A stretch of 64,000 bases of DNA from Candidatus Latescibacterota bacterium (GCA_965203805.1 OZ241917.1:5344001-5408000), one strand, 5' to 3'. Positions 39,077-50,671 are shown, counted from the first letter of the stretch. Made by a program: numbers and translations. The notes: generated from the letters alone by a model not told the origin.

Positions 39077-39610
39077 TCACCCTTGCCCTCTCCCAGTGGG
39101 AGAGGGATTGATTGCGTCTGCGATTTCGCTCAGGGCTTCCAGGGTGTGCAGCAGCATGTGTTTGTTTCTAATTCGGACGACGGTCAACCCGAGAGATTTC
39201 AGAAATGCGTCGCGATTTCTGTCCGTCGTGCGGCGCTCATCGGACTCGTGGACCGGTCCATCCAGTTCCACGACGAGCCGTTTCTCGTGGCAGTGGAAGT
39301 CAACGATATAGTTACCGATCTGATGCTGGCGACGGAACTTGAGGCCAAGGAACCGTCGGTCCCTGAACAGTTCCCACACAAAGTCTTCCGCGGGAGTCGG
39401 CCTCTGCCGCATCTCCCGTGCCCGTTCCAGCAACCCGTAAAGTTTCTCCCCGCCTCCGAATTGACCCGCTTCCTCCGTTGCGGATTGGTGCGAAGCTTGT
39501 TGGTGGCTGCTAATGCCGGTCCCCTCCGCCACCGAACGACCCTCTCCCTCTGCGAGAGTATGGCGCGAAACTTCCTTCTGAGCATCGCTTCGGTTCACCT
39601 GTCCCCACAT
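39077..39610 (-). CDS. DUF559 endonuclease, copy 2
   Basis: Same core as copy 1; C-terminus INPSPTGRGQG is encoded by a palindrome. Confidence 0.88.
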   Translation of the reverse strand: MWGQVNRSDAQKEVSRHTLAEGEGRSVAEGTGISSHQQASHQSATEEAGQFGGGEKLYGLLERAREMRQRPTPAEDFVWELFRDRRFLGLKFRRQHQIGNYIVDFHCHEKRLVVELDGPVHESDERRTTDRNRDAFLKSLGLTVVRIRNKHMLLHTLEALSEIADAINPSPTGRGQG

Positions 39611-40021
39611 TCATACCCTCTCCCTTTGGGAGAGGGTGGCGCGCAGCGCCGGGTGAGGGTGCTTCTGCCCCACGAGGGTGACGCGCAGCGTCGGGTGAGG
39701 GCGCTTTTGTCCGATCAATGGGATACTGACGTATGAAGGCCAGATGGCCAGGCGCAAAGTTGTCAGGTATGCCGATTCGTCGGCTATGGTAAAGTCACAG
39801 CCGTACCTGACCGCCTGGATTTGATAGAAACCGAGGTTTATCCCTCGGTATTTGTACGTGAGCAGACAGGAATGTCTGCTCCACCCTCTAAAACTCTGGC
39901 TCGTCGCATCGCGCACGCAATTTCATGCTGCACATCGCGTCGGTCCCCCTGTCCCCACATTCATACCCTCTCCCCTTGGGAGAGGGTGACGCGCAGCGTC
40001 GGGTGAGGGCGCTTTTTACCC

Positions 40022-43000
40022 TCACGCCACCGCCCATCCCTCCGACAGCGCCTCCGCCTGTTCGATCACCGTCTGCGTGGCCTTTTCCTGCTTGTCTGGA
40101 GGATAGCCGTGCCTGCGCAGGATGCGCTTGACAAGGCGCCGCAGGTTTGCGCGGACGTTCTCGCGCAACGTCCAGTCGATGGTGACATTGTTGCGGACCG
40201 TTTCGACGAGTTGGCGGGCGATGTCGCGGAGCGTGTCGTCACCGAGCACCTGCACCGCGCTGTCGTTCGTTTCCAGTGCATCGTAGAAGGCCAGTTCCTC
40301 CTCCGAAAGCCCCAGCCGTTCGCCCCGTTCGTTCGCCTCCCGCATCTCTTTCGCCAGTTCGATCAGTTCCTCGATGACCTGCGCCGCCTCGATCGCGCGG
40401 TTCTGATACCGCCTCAGGGTCTGCTCCAGCATTTCGGCAAACGAACGGGCCTGCACGACGTTCTTGCGCCGCCTTGTGGAAACCTCGCCCTTCAGCAGCT
40501 TCTGCAGGAGTTCGATGGCCAGGTTGCGGCGCTCCATGCCGCGGACCTCGGCCAGGAACTCGTCCGACAACACCGAAATGTCGGGCTTTTCGAGGCCGGC
40601 CGCGGCGAAGATATCCATCACGCCCTCCGAGGCGACGGCGCTGGAGACGATCTGACGCACGGCAAGGTCCAACTCCTCCTGGGTATGTTTCTCGTCAGTC
40701 GTTCGCTTGGACAGGGCCGAACGGACGGCCTGGAAAAACGCCACGTCGTCCCGGATGCGCCGCGACTCCGGATGAGGCACGGCCAGCGCGTAGGCCTGGG
40801 ACAGCGCCCGCACCGCGTTCAGCCACCGGTCCTTGCCGTCTACCTGGGCCAGGACGTGTTCCTGGGCGGCAGGAAGCAGATTCAATCGCTCCGCCGGCGT
40901 GCCGTCGGTCCACGCGGCCCAATCGAACCCGTGCAACAGGCCGCAGCAGACCTCGTATTTCTCCTGCATCACCGCAACCGCTTCTCTCTGGTCCACGGCC
41001 GTATCGCCTGTGCCGCCGCTCTCGGTATACGTAGCCAATGCATGTTTCAGGTCCTGGGCGAGTCCCAGATAGTCCACGACGAGCCCGCCGGGCTTGTCCT
41101 TGAACACGCGATTCACCCTGGCGATGGCCTGCATCAGTCCATGGCCGCGCATCGGTTTGTCCACGTACATCGTGTGCAGGCTGGGCGCGTCGAACCCCGT
41201 CAGCCACATGTCCCGGACCAGCACAACCCGAAGGGGATCGCCGGCGTCTCTGAACCGGTTCGCAAGAGCCTCCCTGCGTGGCTTATTTCGGATGTGCTGC
41301 TGCCATTCGGGCGGATCGGATGCGGAACCGGTCATTACGACCTTGATCGATCCCCCTTCGTCAGCGTCACTATGCCAACCGGGACGCAGTCGGACCAGTT
41401 CGCGGTAGAGGTCGATGCAGATGCGGCGGCTCATGCAGACGACCATCGCCTTTCCGTCCAGCGCTTCGAGGCGCTGCTGGAAGTGGTTGACGATGTCCGA
41501 GGCGATCTGCTTGATCCGATTTTCTGCGCCGACGACCGCCTCTAACTGCGCCCACTTCGTCTTGAGCTTCTCCCGCCGCTCCACCTCTTCGCCCTCGGTG
41601 GCTTCCTCGAAATCGGGGTCGATCTTCGGCTTTTCGCGCTCGTCGAGGGACAGTTTCGCGAGGCGGCTTTCGTAGTAGATGGGCACCGTGGCCCCGTCCT
41701 GAACGGCGCGCCGGATGTCGTAGATGCTGATATAGTCGCCGAAGACAGCCCGCGTATTGGCGTCCTGAAGTTCTATCGGTGTCCCGGTGAAGCCGACGAA
41801 GGAGGCGTTGGGCAGGGCGTCTCGCATATGTCGCGCAAACCCGTCGATGAAGTCGTACTGGCTTCGGTGGGCCTCGTCGGCGATCACTACGATGTTGCGC
41901 CTGTCCGACAATTCAGGATGGCTGTCGCCCTTCTCTTCGGGGAAGAATTTCTGGATGGTGGTAAAGACCACACCCCCGGCGTTCACCGACAGCTTGTTCC
42001 TCAAGTCAGCCCGGCTCTCCGCCTGCGTTGGCGGCTGGCGCAACAGGTCCTGGCACCGCGAGAACGTGCCGTAGAGCTGGTCGTCCAGGTCGTTCCGGTC
42101 GGTAAGCACCACAACGGTTGGATTTTCCATTGCCGGTTCGCTGATGATGGCGCCGGTATAGAAAGCCATCGTCAGGCTCTTCCCCGACCCCTGCGTATGC
42201 CATACGACGCCGACGCGCCGGTCGCCGGGCTCTCCGCCGGGTTTCTGCCCCGTCTCGTACCTTCCACCGGTGTCCACGGATCGGTCAACTTTGCGGTGTA
42301 ACTCCGCTGCGCGAAGCGTTTCGTCAACCGCGTACCTCACCGCGTGGAACTGGTGATAACCCGCCATTTTCTTTTCCAGCGCGCCGCTGCCGTCGTCGTC
42401 GAAGACGATGAAGTCGCGTACGAGCGCAAGGAAACGGTTCTGTTCGAAGACGCCTTCCAGCATCACCTGAAGCTCGGCCAGGTGCTGGTCGGCCAGCGTC
42501 TCCCCGGCAACCGTGCGCCATGGCTTGAACCACTCCTTGCCCGAGGTCAGCGTGCCGATTCGGGCTTCCGTCCCGTCCGAGACCACGAGCATTTCATTCA
42601 TGGAGAACAGTGCGGGCAGTTCGGTCTTGTACGTCTGTAGCTGGTTCCAGGCCGTCCAGATTGTGGCGTCCTCGTCGGCCGGATTCTTCAGTTCGATGAT
42701 TCCGAGTGGCAGACCGTTGACAAACAGCACGATATCCGGCCTGCGGTTGTTGCTGTTTTCCGTGACAGTGAACTGATTGACCGCCAGCCAGTCGTTCCTG
42801 TCGGGTCTTGCGAAGTCAATGACGCGAACTTGGTCGCCGCGCACGTTTCCGCTGGAATCTCGATATTCGACGTTGACGCCGTTTACGAGCATCCGGTGAA
42901 ACGAACGGTTTCTTGCTTCCAGGGTCGATCCTTCGGGACGGGTCAGCATGCGGCACGCGTCGTCCAGGGCGGACAGGGGCAGGGAGGGGTTCAATTCAGC

Positions 43001-43165
43001 GAGGACGTCGCGAAGCCTGTGCTCCAGAACCACCTGTCGGTAGTCATCGCGCTCTGCGTCAGGCGTCTCCGGCGCGATATCCGGTCCGTGCAAAACCTGC
43101 CATCCGAGACCGGAGAGCCAGTCAAGAGCCGCCTGCTCGACGTCCGCTTCGGTGAGGGTGGTCAT
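40022..43165 (-). CDS. hsdR: Type I restriction endonuclease subunit R
   Basis: [61 protein letters not shown]. Confidence 0.96.
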   Translation of the reverse strand: MTTLTEADVEQAALDWLSGLGWQVLHGPDIAPETPDAERDDYRQVVLEHRLRDVLAELNPSLPLSALDDACRMLTRPEGSTLEARNRSFHRMLVNGVNVEYRDSSGNVRGDQVRVIDFARPDRNDWLAVNQFTVTENSNNRRPDIVLFVNGLPLGIIELKNPADEDATIWTAWNQLQTYKTELPALFSMNEMLVVSDGTEARIGTLTSGKEWFKPWRTVAGETLADQHLAELQVMLEGVFEQNRFLALVRDFIVFDDDGSGALEKKMAGYHQFHAVRYAVDETLRAAELHRKVDRSVDTGGRYETGQKPGGEPGDRRVGVVWHTQGSGKSLTMAFYTGAIISEPAMENPTVVVLTDRNDLDDQLYGTFSRCQDLLRQPPTQAESRADLRNKLSVNAGGVVFTTIQKFFPEEKGDSHPELSDRRNIVVIADEAHRSQYDFIDGFARHMRDALPNASFVGFTGTPIELQDANTRAVFGDYISIYDIRRAVQDGATVPIYYESRLAKLSLDEREKPKIDPDFEEATEGEEVERREKLKTKWAQLEAVVGAENRIKQIASDIVNHFQQRLEALDGKAMVVCMSRRICIDLYRELVRLRPGWHSDADEGGSIKVVMTGSASDPPEWQQHIRNKPRREALANRFRDAGDPLRVVLVRDMWLTGFDAPSLHTMYVDKPMRGHGLMQAIARVNRVFKDKPGGLVVDYLGLAQDLKHALATYTESGGTGDTAVDQREAVAVMQEKYEVCCGLLHGFDWAAWTDGTPAERLNLLPAAQEHVLAQVDGKDRWLNAVRALSQAYALAVPHPESRRIRDDVAFFQAVRSALSKRTTDEKHTQEELDLAVRQIVSSAVASEGVMDIFAAAGLEKPDISVLSDEFLAEVRGMERRNLAIELLQKLLKGEVSTRRRKNVVQARSFAEMLEQTLRRYQNRAIEAAQVIEELIELAKEMREANERGERLGLSEEELAFYDALETNDSAVQVLGDDTLRDIARQLVETVRNNVTIDWTLRENVRANLRRLVKRILRRHGYPPDKQEKATQTVIEQAEALSEGWAVA

Positions 43166-43581
43166 GGGGGTTCCCAGGGGTTGACAATACGGACGTTCAA
43201 GTTGTCGAAGTCCCTCACGTTGCGAGTGACGACCGCCATATCGTTGGCCATCGCGGTTCCAGCTATGAGCGCGTCGCCAAGTCCCAACTCGCCGCCGCTC
43301 CGATGTACGCGCGCCTGCAGTACAGCAGCCCACTCGGCTTCCCGCCTCCCAATCGGCGATATGCGCCCTTCAAAGTCCGCCAGGAGCAGAGACAGCCATC
43401 TTCTTAAACTGTCACGGCGTCGGCCGTCCGGGAGGAGTTGCAAACCCAGTTCAAGTTCTTTGACGACGATAGCCGGAAGCCACAGATCATCCCCGGCGTT
43501 AAGATAGTCAATGACGGCTTGGTTCGGATTCTCCTTCGTCAGCTCCGAGACCACGTTCGTATCCAGGAGAAAACCGCTCAT
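43162..43581 (-). CDS. vapC: VapC-family PIN toxin
   Basis: [29 protein letters not shown]. Confidence 0.9.
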   Translation of the reverse strand: MSGFLLDTNVVSELTKENPNQAVIDYLNAGDDLWLPAIVVKELELGLQLLPDGRRRDSLRRWLSLLLADFEGRISPIGRREAEWAAVLQARVHRSGGELGLGDALIAGTAMANDMAVVTRNVRDFDNLNVRIVNPWEPP

Positions 43582-43856
43582 TCGTCTGATTCCTCGATGA
43601 AGGGAATCTTGCGGCCACTCTCGCGACGCCCAGGGATTTCAAGGTTCGTGCCGCGCGGCGTGTTTTCAACCAGCCACTGACCCAAGGGGATGGACGCCTG
43701 GTCTCGAGACTTCCATACGCGCTCGGGTACGACGACGAATGGCTTCTGCGCGCCGATGCGTTGCGGCCCCTCCTCCTCGGCAAGGCGGAGGATTTCGGAT
43801 AGCCGGGCCTTCGCCTCGGCCACGGTCCAGACACGTTGGGAATTGGTTTTTTGCAT
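43578..43856 (-). CDS. Phd/YefM-family antitoxin
   Basis: WTVAEAKARLSEILRLAEEEGPQRI; overlaps the vapC start. Confidence 0.88.
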   Translation of the reverse strand: MQKTNSQRVWTVAEAKARLSEILRLAEEEGPQRIGAQKPFVVVPERVWKSRDQASIPLGQWLVENTPRGTNLEIPGRRESGRKIPFIEESDE

Positions 43857-43984
43857 CGTGCATCTCCCCGTGAACGTCGATGTGGTCTAATACAGAAGAT
43901 CTTACTGGATCAAACTCGATTTGCTTTCCGTGCGATGACGTTGCGGCGCACAGACCTCCCTCTTCGCAGCGCGACGACTGGACG

Positions 43985-44308
<324 letters not shown>

Positions 44309-44312
<4 letters not shown>

Positions 44313-44587
44313 TCGTCTGATTCCTCGATGAAAGAAATCTTGCGGCCACTCTCGCGACGCCCTGGGATTTCAAGGTTCGTGCCGCGCGGCGTATTTTCAA
44401 CCAGCCACTGACCCAAGGGGATGGACGCCTGGTCTCGAGACTTCCAAACGCGCTCGGGCACGACGACGAATGGCTTCTGCGCGCCGATGCGTTGCGGCCC
44501 CTCCTCCTCGGCAAGGCGGAGGATTTCGGATAGCCGGGCCTTCGCCTCGGCCACGGTCCAGACGCGTTGGGAATTGGTTTTTTGCAT
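44309..44587 (-). CDS. Phd/YefM-family antitoxin, duplicate
   Basis: One residue differs from 43578-43856. Confidence 0.88.
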
Positions 44588-44715
44588 TGTGCATCTCCCC
44601 GTGAACGTCGATGTGGTCTAATACAGACGATCTTACTGGATCAAACTCGATTTGCTTTCCGTGCGATGACGTTGCGGCGCACAGACCTCCTTCTTCGCAG
44701 CGCCACGACTGGACG

Positions 44716-44943
44716 CTATTCGCTCAAGGGCGCTATCCGTTCCTTTTCCAACTCGGCAGCGTAGAGCAGGGTCGCGTGCACCGCCTCGCGCGATACGGAC
44801 GGATAGTTCTCGACGATCTCCTCAGCACTCAACCCTTCTGCCAGGCTGTCCGGAATGACCGTCGCCATGACCCGCGTGCCGGTAATGCAAGCCTTTCCGT
44901 GGCATATCGTGGGGTCTGATGAAATGTATTCTTGCCACCTCAT
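44716..44943 (-). CDS. DUF433 domain protein, duplicate
   Basis: Close paralogue of 43985-44212. Confidence 0.88.
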   Translation of the reverse strand: MRWQEYISSDPTICHGKACITGTRVMATVIPDSLAEGLSAEEIVENYPSVSREAVHATLLYAAELEKERIAPLSE

Positions 44944-45061
44944 ACTAACCCTCCTGGGCGTTCGGATCGTCTATGAAGGCCCGGTCCGGATTTTCCTTCG
45001 TCAACTCCGAACGAAGCATTCGCGCCAACGTACGTCGCACGAGGGTCGCCACGGCGTCCGC

Positions 45062-45304
45062 CTAGATTGCCGCCGCAATCGTTCGGGCATGCGTGAGATC
45101 AGCGCCATTAACGGGACGTGCGTGTGAGGGCGCCACGGTTGCTATATCCACCGTGGCGCCATCCAGAGACATGAACTCCACCACGAAGGCTGCTTTATCG
45201 CGATGGACGTGGATGATGGTGCCCACGTCGCCCGGTTTCAGTTCCTCCCCCTCGTCACCACGAACATCAGCGGTAAGTACGATTTGCTCATGTTCCTTGA
45301 ACAC
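45062..45304 (-). CDS. DUF4926 domain protein
   Basis: LKPGDVGTIIHVH...FVVEFMSLDGATVDIATV. Confidence 0.8.
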   Translation of the reverse strand: MFKEHEQIVLTADVRGDEGEELKPGDVGTIIHVHRDKAAFVVEFMSLDGATVDIATVAPSHARPVNGADLTHARTIAAAI

Positions 45305-45307
45305 TTC

Positions 45308-45646
45308 TCACCTCCTGCGTGGGTACGCGGTAATGAACCTGGGATGTACACTCCCGGTGTCAACTTGCCAGACGGTCCTTATTACGGGATTGCGCCCGTC
45401 CGGTGTCTCTATCCTGCCGTCAACATGATAGCGCGAACCGTATGCGGTCTCCGCAACTCGGGCGACCTCATGGGATGCGGCATGTTTTTTCAATGCCACC
45501 GAGAATTCCTCCCAGCGGTCTACGCTGAACCCGAACCTAAGGAAATAATCTGCCTTGGCTCTGCCACGCGGATTGACGGCCGTCAGCAGATAGTTCGTGA
45601 TCTTTCCCCGTTCGATCTGCGCCTGACGCACATTGGGTAGTTTCAA
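45308..45646 (-). CDS. DUF6883 domain protein (putative toxin partner of DUF4926)
   Basis: KLPN..A.I...KITNYLL..NPRGRAKA.YF..FGF..TPDGRNP.IRTVW..PRFITAYP; TTG start. Confidence 0.75.
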   Translation of the reverse strand: MKLPNVRQAQIERGKITNYLLTAVNPRGRAKADYFLRFGFSVDRWEEFSVALKKHAASHEVARVAETAYGSRYHVDGRIETPDGRNPVIRTVWQVDTGSVHPRFITAYPRRR

Positions 45647-45659
45647 TCGTCGCCTCTTG

Positions 45660-45833
45660 TCAGGCTGCTTCGCAGCAAGTCCGGATGTTCGTCGTGAACT
45701 CCAGCACTTCGGATACACCGGTTCCGGCCACGGTTGAGATCTTATCAAGCATCAGGGACACACTAACCGGTTCGTAGGCCACGTGCCAGACGAGGACCGA
45801 CTACTCGACGGCCGCTTCCGTGAGGGTGGTCAC
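45660..45833 (-). pseudogene. Degenerate 5' fragment of hsdR
   Basis: GTG-TTLTEAAVE*SVLVW versus Hsd[17 protein letters not shown]; overlaps the ATPase stop. Confidence 0.7.
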
Positions 45834-47710
45834 TAGGTGCCTTTGAACTCTGCGGCTGTGAGATCTGAAGGGGTGGAGTTTATCACTTCCTCCATCAAAT
45901 CAAAGATCACCTGGAAACTCTTGAAGTCTTCATCCGTGCCATTATTGCAAAGCCACTCGCAGAGGTTCATTTTCTCGCTGCAATTGATAGTCCATGTCTC
46001 GGGAATAACGACTTCTATACCTCGCTTAGTGCTTTGATGTTCATGCTCAATGTCAATGAACGCCGGCTTATGCTGGCAAGCTTTATCCAATGTCGCCTTA
46101 CTGAACAAGTTCTCAATGCCTGCTTTTACTGGGTTACAGGGTTGTAATGGTACAGTGCGTTGAAAGAGGTTCCCTCTATCGCTGTTTCCCCTTTTCTCAT
46201 CGTAGTCGAATAGAAGTATCACTTTCTGAGGCATAAGATCGGCCATGGGGAGCTTAAAGCCTTTCCAAATGTTTGCCAAGTTCCCACTTCCACCACCGTC
46301 CCGGACTTCAAACCCGTTAATCAATGTCTCTCTTCCAAGTAGTTCTGCTGCCCTTTCTATGTACTTTGCGTCGGTTTCGCCCTCCGTCAACAAGATAGGC
46401 CCTTGAGCTTCTTGGACTGCTGTTCGCATGGCATCCGAAAACTTGACCGTTTCCGCAAACAACTGATATGCGTCTCCGAACTCACTGAACTCTTCGGCGC
46501 TAATTTGGTGTCCTTGAGGAAGGCGATATAGAGCAACGCCATCTTCTCCAAAGACCCTCTGCATGCCCAGAACAAATAGAGGCGAGTGTGTGGTTACAAC
46601 GAACTGAACCTTGGGGAACATCATGATGAGTTCAGGAAGAACTTCATACTGGTGAATCGCATGCAGGTGCAGGTCTATCTCATCCACCACGGTGATACCG
46701 CGAATGTCGGACGTGCTAGAAAATGGTGTGCCGCACAAGTCGAAGTCGCGTAGGATAGATAGGAACAGATTCAAGAGAGAGGTTTCCCCACTGGACAACT
46801 GAAAGATGTTTGGTACTATCTGCCTCGTTTGTGAACCATCGTCTGACATGATCGAAACAACTCTATTAGGTCGCCTACCGATCCCAAATCTGATCTCTTG
46901 CTTCCTTGCTATCGTTCTTACAATTCGCAGTGCCGTCTCGTATGAGTTAGCTGCATTTCCCGAGTATCCCAAGAACAAAGGGAATGGGACCGTCGTATTG
47001 CCATCCTTTATTGGCAGATTTACATGCTGCGTCTGAAGCTCAAAGGCAGCCCGATCATAGACCACATCAAATAACCAGTCTTGGTTTTCATGGAGCGGCG
47101 AAGATGCGATAACTCTACGACCGGTGTGGCCGGCGAGATTCCTTGTATCTCCATATCGAGCTTGGGCCTTCAAATTCTCCTCGTTCAACCACGCCGGTTC
47201 CTCAAAACGATTGAATGGGAAGTATAGGACAGAGTTTTTCGCGAATATCTCTTCGATTCTTCTCGTGGTGGTAGGATCAGATGTAAGGTTCGACTCGTAA
47301 TGGTCGTTCTCAGCGGGACTGATCTTCTCCCAAATGGCCTCGGCGGCGGTCCCTGAAATTCCCATGGGAACGTCAGAATACTCTTTTTTGTTACGCCACG
47401 TCCTTATTTCACTGACAAAGAAATCGCCATCAAAGTCAACTCTGCCGAAGTAGTATTCACTTCCCGGCTTGATGTAAGAACTACTACGGAGCTTGTATAC
47501 TTTGCCGGTCTCTACTTCTGGCGTTTCTGGGTAAGCGATACCTTTAGCCGCAAGCAGTCCGTTTACAATATGTGATAGCAGTATGCTCTTCCCAGAGCCG
47601 TTTTCACCCACCAAGACGACCGGCTTTGGAGTCTCGCCGTCGAAGGGAAATTCAATGTCGAGATTCTCGATGGGCCCGTAATTCGTCAGTTGTATTCGCT
47701 TTGTATACAT
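45833..47710 (-). CDS. ABC-type ATPase fused to TOPRIM-like domain (OLD-like putative defence nuclease)
   Basis: GENGSGKS, LSSGE, VVDEIDLHLH, TTHSP; C-terminal LLTEGETD and LLFDYD; lower GC. Confidence 0.75.
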   Translation of the reverse strand: MYTKRIQLTNYGPIENLDIEFPFDGETPKPVVLVGENGSGKSILLSHIVNGLLAAKGIAYPETPEVETGKVYKLRSSSYIKPGSEYYFGRVDFDGDFFVSEIRTWRNKKEYSDVPMGISGTAAEAIWEKISPAENDHYESNLTSDPTTTRRIEEIFAKNSVLYFPFNRFEEPAWLNEENLKAQARYGDTRNLAGHTGRRVIASSPLHENQDWLFDVVYDRAAFELQTQHVNLPIKDGNTTVPFPLFLGYSGNAANSYETALRIVRTIARKQEIRFGIGRRPNRVVSIMSDDGSQTRQIVPNIFQLSSGETSLLNLFLSILRDFDLCGTPFSSTSDIRGITVVDEIDLHLHAIHQYEVLPELIMMFPKVQFVVTTHSPLFVLGMQRVFGEDGVALYRLPQGHQISAEEFSEFGDAYQLFAETVKFSDAMRTAVQEAQGPILLTEGETDAKYIERAAELLGRETLINGFEVRDGGGSGNLANIWKGFKLPMADLMPQKVILLFDYDEKRGNSDRGNLFQRTVPLQPCNPVKAGIENLFSKATLDKACQHKPAFIDIEHEHQSTKRGIEVVIPETWTINCSEKMNLCEWLCNNGTDEDFKSFQVIFDLMEEVINSTPSDLTAAEFKGT

Positions 47711-47720
47711 CGGTTTTTTC

Positions 47721-49190
47721 TCAGTTCGATTGAACTTCGATATCTCCCGACACCAGCTTCGGCAGTAGCGCATCACGCTGGGCGGTGAGGGCGAGTGATT
47801 CCTTGCGGTTGAACTCCATCTGAGCAAACAAAGGGCTAACCAATATGCTGAACTCATTCCAGGTTTCTGCGGGTGGGTTGGGAAGAGTGTAGGGAGCTAA
47901 TGCGTCACCCTGGACGCGTTGCCGTCCCGATGTACCTGTCATGCTCTGAATCGCGTGTTCCCGGAACGCCATTTCACGGGCCAAGAGGTATGTGTACTCA
48001 GGTGGAACAGGTGGAATGGCCCGTAACACAATGAATTCTGTCGATCCCCAACCCACAGTGTCATCTGACAACAATTGGACGAAAGCGGTCTTGCCGTTTT
48101 CCAAACAGGGCGTTATGCGTGCAAACAAAGTATCTCCGTCGCGAAAGCGCGTACCGGACTTAAACTCTCGCAACACCGGAGTGCTTGGACTAGACCCAAA
48201 CGTCGGAAGGGATGCCATATCAAGGTATGGTGCCACGGTCCCCCGCTTCATTGGCTCTGTGGGATTCAACTCCACCACCTCCCCCAATGCCTTAACCTCC
48301 CACCCCTCCGGTATCTCGCCCAATTCCGAGTCGACAAAGTGATTGGGAAACAGCGCCGCGATGGACGGATCCATTTTGTCGAGATACGCGTGCGCCCGCT
48401 TCACAGTCCATCCCGGTGACCCTTTGCCGTCAGTTACCCCTTGGGCGGGAATCGTGCCGTGATGAGCGTCCGATCCCGAGCCAGCGTGTTTTCGGAGCGT
48501 GGCTTTGGCGTGGACAGGATCGAAGTCGACGAACCAGGACTTGAAGAGCGTCCGCGCCAACTCCTCCAGCGTTTCGTTCATCCGCCGGTTCAACTCAATT
48601 TTGTTGTCCAACGTGCCCAGTACATGGGCGATTTCCCTTTGCTCCCGTAGGGGAGGGATGGAGATTTCCAGAGACTCAATCATCCCTTTCGTGAGGGCAT
48701 TTCGAGTGCCCCCTGAACCTGCCCAAGACAGTAGTAGGGTCTGCATTTCCGGAGACACGAGGCAGTAGCGCAGATACCCCGCATCGAGATTGACTGAGTC
48801 CGGCCGGATGATCGCCACATGTTGATTGACGCGCGCAGGCAGCACGTCTGGCACAACCTGACACACCCTGGCGACCGAATCGCCCGTGATGTTGAGCAGT
48901 ACGTCGTTCTCGAAGACCTCCACGTTTCGTAACTCATCGGCATGATGTTCACCGATAAACGCCAAACCATCGCGATGGAAGCCATCGTTGTACACGTTCT
49001 GGCTGCGTATCAAGCTATAGGGACCGTCTTGCAGGTAGACATCCTTCCCGCCACGTGGCGTCGCACCGCTGCCAATCTTGGCACATACATCACCGAGCAG
49101 GACCTCCCGCCACTTGCTCTGAGGGTCCGTGTTATCCATGCTCACTCCACCTTGCAGAACCCTGTAGTCTTGCGTAGCCACAATCGCCAT
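47721..49190 (-). CDS. hsdS: Type I R-M specificity subunit (start may be 49139)
   Basis: IPPLREQREIAHVLGTLDNKIELNRRMNETLE, FKSWFVDF, GEIPEGW, RDALLPKLVSG. Confidence 0.95.
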   Translation of the reverse strand: MAIVATQDYRVLQGGVSMDNTDPQSKWREVLLGDVCAKIGSGATPRGGKDVYLQDGPYSLIRSQNVYNDGFHRDGLAFIGEHHADELRNVEVFENDVLLNITGDSVARVCQVVPDVLPARVNQHVAIIRPDSVNLDAGYLRYCLVSPEMQTLLLSWAGSGGTRNALTKGMIESLEISIPPLREQREIAHVLGTLDNKIELNRRMNETLEELARTLFKSWFVDFDPVHAKATLRKHAGSGSDAHHGTIPAQGVTDGKGSPGWTVKRAHAYLDKMDPSIAALFPNHFVDSELGEIPEGWEVKALGEVVELNPTEPMKRGTVAPYLDMASLPTFGSSPSTPVLREFKSGTRFRDGDTLFARITPCLENGKTAFVQLLSDDTVGWGSTEFIVLRAIPPVPPEYTYLLAREMAFREHAIQSMTGTSGRQRVQGDALAPYTLPNPPAETWNEFSILVSPLFAQMEFNRKESLALTAQRDALLPKLVSGDIEVQSN

Positions 49191-49195
49191 TCCCC

Positions 49196-49438
49196 TCAGT
49201 TCGATATCCGTCGCAAGACCAGAGCATCGACCACATCGGCGCCGTCACGCGCGCTGCCATTCGGGCCGGGGTCTCCGTGCCTACCTTCCCAATCGCGCCT
49301 CCCGGTGTTCAAGGCTATCTTGACCAGTGACATCTGCTCCGGCGCCAGGTCGTCATACCCTTCTTCGTAACCGTTCACCACTACGCGCAGGTCAGGTGGG
49401 TAGTTTGCCAACAGTTGTACCAGTTCAGCAACGGTCAT
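49196..49438 (-). CDS. Hypothetical protein, 80 aa
   Basis: GGAGG RBS, ATGA overlap; MTVAELVQLLANYPPDLRVVVNGYEEGYDD. Confidence 0.65.
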   Translation of the reverse strand: MTVAELVQLLANYPPDLRVVVNGYEEGYDDLAPEQMSLVKIALNTGRRDWEGRHGDPGPNGSARDGADVVDALVLRRISN

Positions 49439-49656
49439 GCTTCCTCCATGAGGGCGTCAACCTCAAGACTGAGGGTTGTAAGATCGGTTTCAATGACAAA
49501 CCGCACTGCCCGGTCGTTCACGTCAGCGTAGCCGTGGATCAGTATATTGCGAAAACCGATGATCTGCTCGTACTCGCTTATCCGGGAGACAATTTGCGGG
49601 GCAAGTTTTGCCAGACGATTCACTGCTTCACCGATGAATACATATTCCCACTCCAA
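49435..49656 (-). pseudogene. HepT/DUF86 HEPN ribonuclease, N-terminally truncated at a 75-bp repeat
   Basis: IGEAVNRL...IIGFRNILIHGY (RxxxxH). Confidence 0.8.
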
Positions 49657-49758
49657 TGCAACGCGTCACATTGGTTCTCCCGTCCAACAATCAGACCCTC
49701 TCCCACTGGGAGAGGGTGACGCGCAGCGTCGGGTGAGGGCGTGCCTCGTAGCACTGGA

Positions 49759-49932
49759 CTAAGGCACCAGCTCGCCGTCTTCCCTCATTCCCTCGATGTG
49801 AAATTCAATGGCCTCCCGAATCTCTTTGAGCAATTCTGCCCTGGTGTTCGCGGTGGCGACGCAGCCGGGCAGGTCGGTTACGTAGGCCGCGTCGTTGTTC
49901 GGGATCCTCTCGATCACAACGGTATATTTCAT
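49759..49932 (-). CDS. hicB: HicB-family antitoxin (short), copy 1
   Basis: MKYTVVIE..AYVTDLPGCVATA..EIREAIEFHIEGMREDG. Confidence 0.8.
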   Translation of the reverse strand: MKYTVVIERIPNNDAAYVTDLPGCVATANTRAELLKEIREAIEFHIEGMREDGELVP

Positions 49933-50042
49933 AGTCTGAATTCCTTGCTCAAACCCAATGGTCACAAGATGCTGTTCAACTCTCACGGAGGCAATCAACG
50001 TTTACTAACGCACCCGCCGGATTGTCGTCGAAGATTGCGATG

Positions 50043-50666
50043 CTAGGACTCCTCTACCCAAAAGGGCTGGCATAGCTCTGCGGAGATATCCCTTGTTAAT
50101 TCGGGGTAATCGGCGCACAGAACATCGGGTGTTATTTCGCCTATACGTTTCTTGCGGTATACGCGGATGCGTTTAACAGCTTCAGTCAGTTTAGGAATGA
50201 GTGGTTTGACGAGTTTTTCCGCTGTAGCATACGGTTCTTCATGACACGCCGCCTCAGACACTCGATCATTCTGGAACCACGTCGCGAGACCCTCTTCGAG
50301 CACGTTAGCAGTACGCCCCTCGATTTTCGGACACCATGGGTCGAGTAGGTGGACGCATTCATGCGCAAGCTGCCACCTCGCACGGATTGGGTCCGTAAGC
50401 GCGTTTTTGTTTAGACGGATAACAATGTGTTTCGACCTTCTTTCCACGCCACCTGTTGCAATGCCGCTGTTTGGAAACCAGATCATTGGCGGATTGTCTG
50501 GAGTTTTGTCTATGTCGATACCGACCAAAGTAAACGAGTGGTCACGCTGCCCGAACAAGCGTTCAATGTCCGCCAAGAATTGACTGGTCCACTCGGTCAG
50601 CGGTATTGGGCTATAGCTGCCGTCCTTCGTGTACTTGGTAACAAATAGTGAATCGATGACACTCAT
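50043..50666 (-). CDS. Hypothetical HExxH (zincin / ImmA-IrrE-like) protein
   Basis: WQLAHECVHLL...LEEGLATWF. Confidence 0.6.
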   Translation of the reverse strand: MSVIDSLFVTKYTKDGSYSPIPLTEWTSQFLADIERLFGQRDHSFTLVGIDIDKTPDNPPMIWFPNSGIATGGVERRSKHIVIRLNKNALTDPIRARWQLAHECVHLLDPWCPKIEGRTANVLEEGLATWFQNDRVSEAACHEEPYATAEKLVKPLIPKLTEAVKRIRVYRKKRIGEITPDVLCADYPELTRDISAELCQPFWVEES

Positions 50667-50671
50667 AGGTG

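Noticed and set aside
47721-49190. Phase-variable hsdS shufflon
   Set aside because: Only one hsdS, no silent TRDs, no invertase
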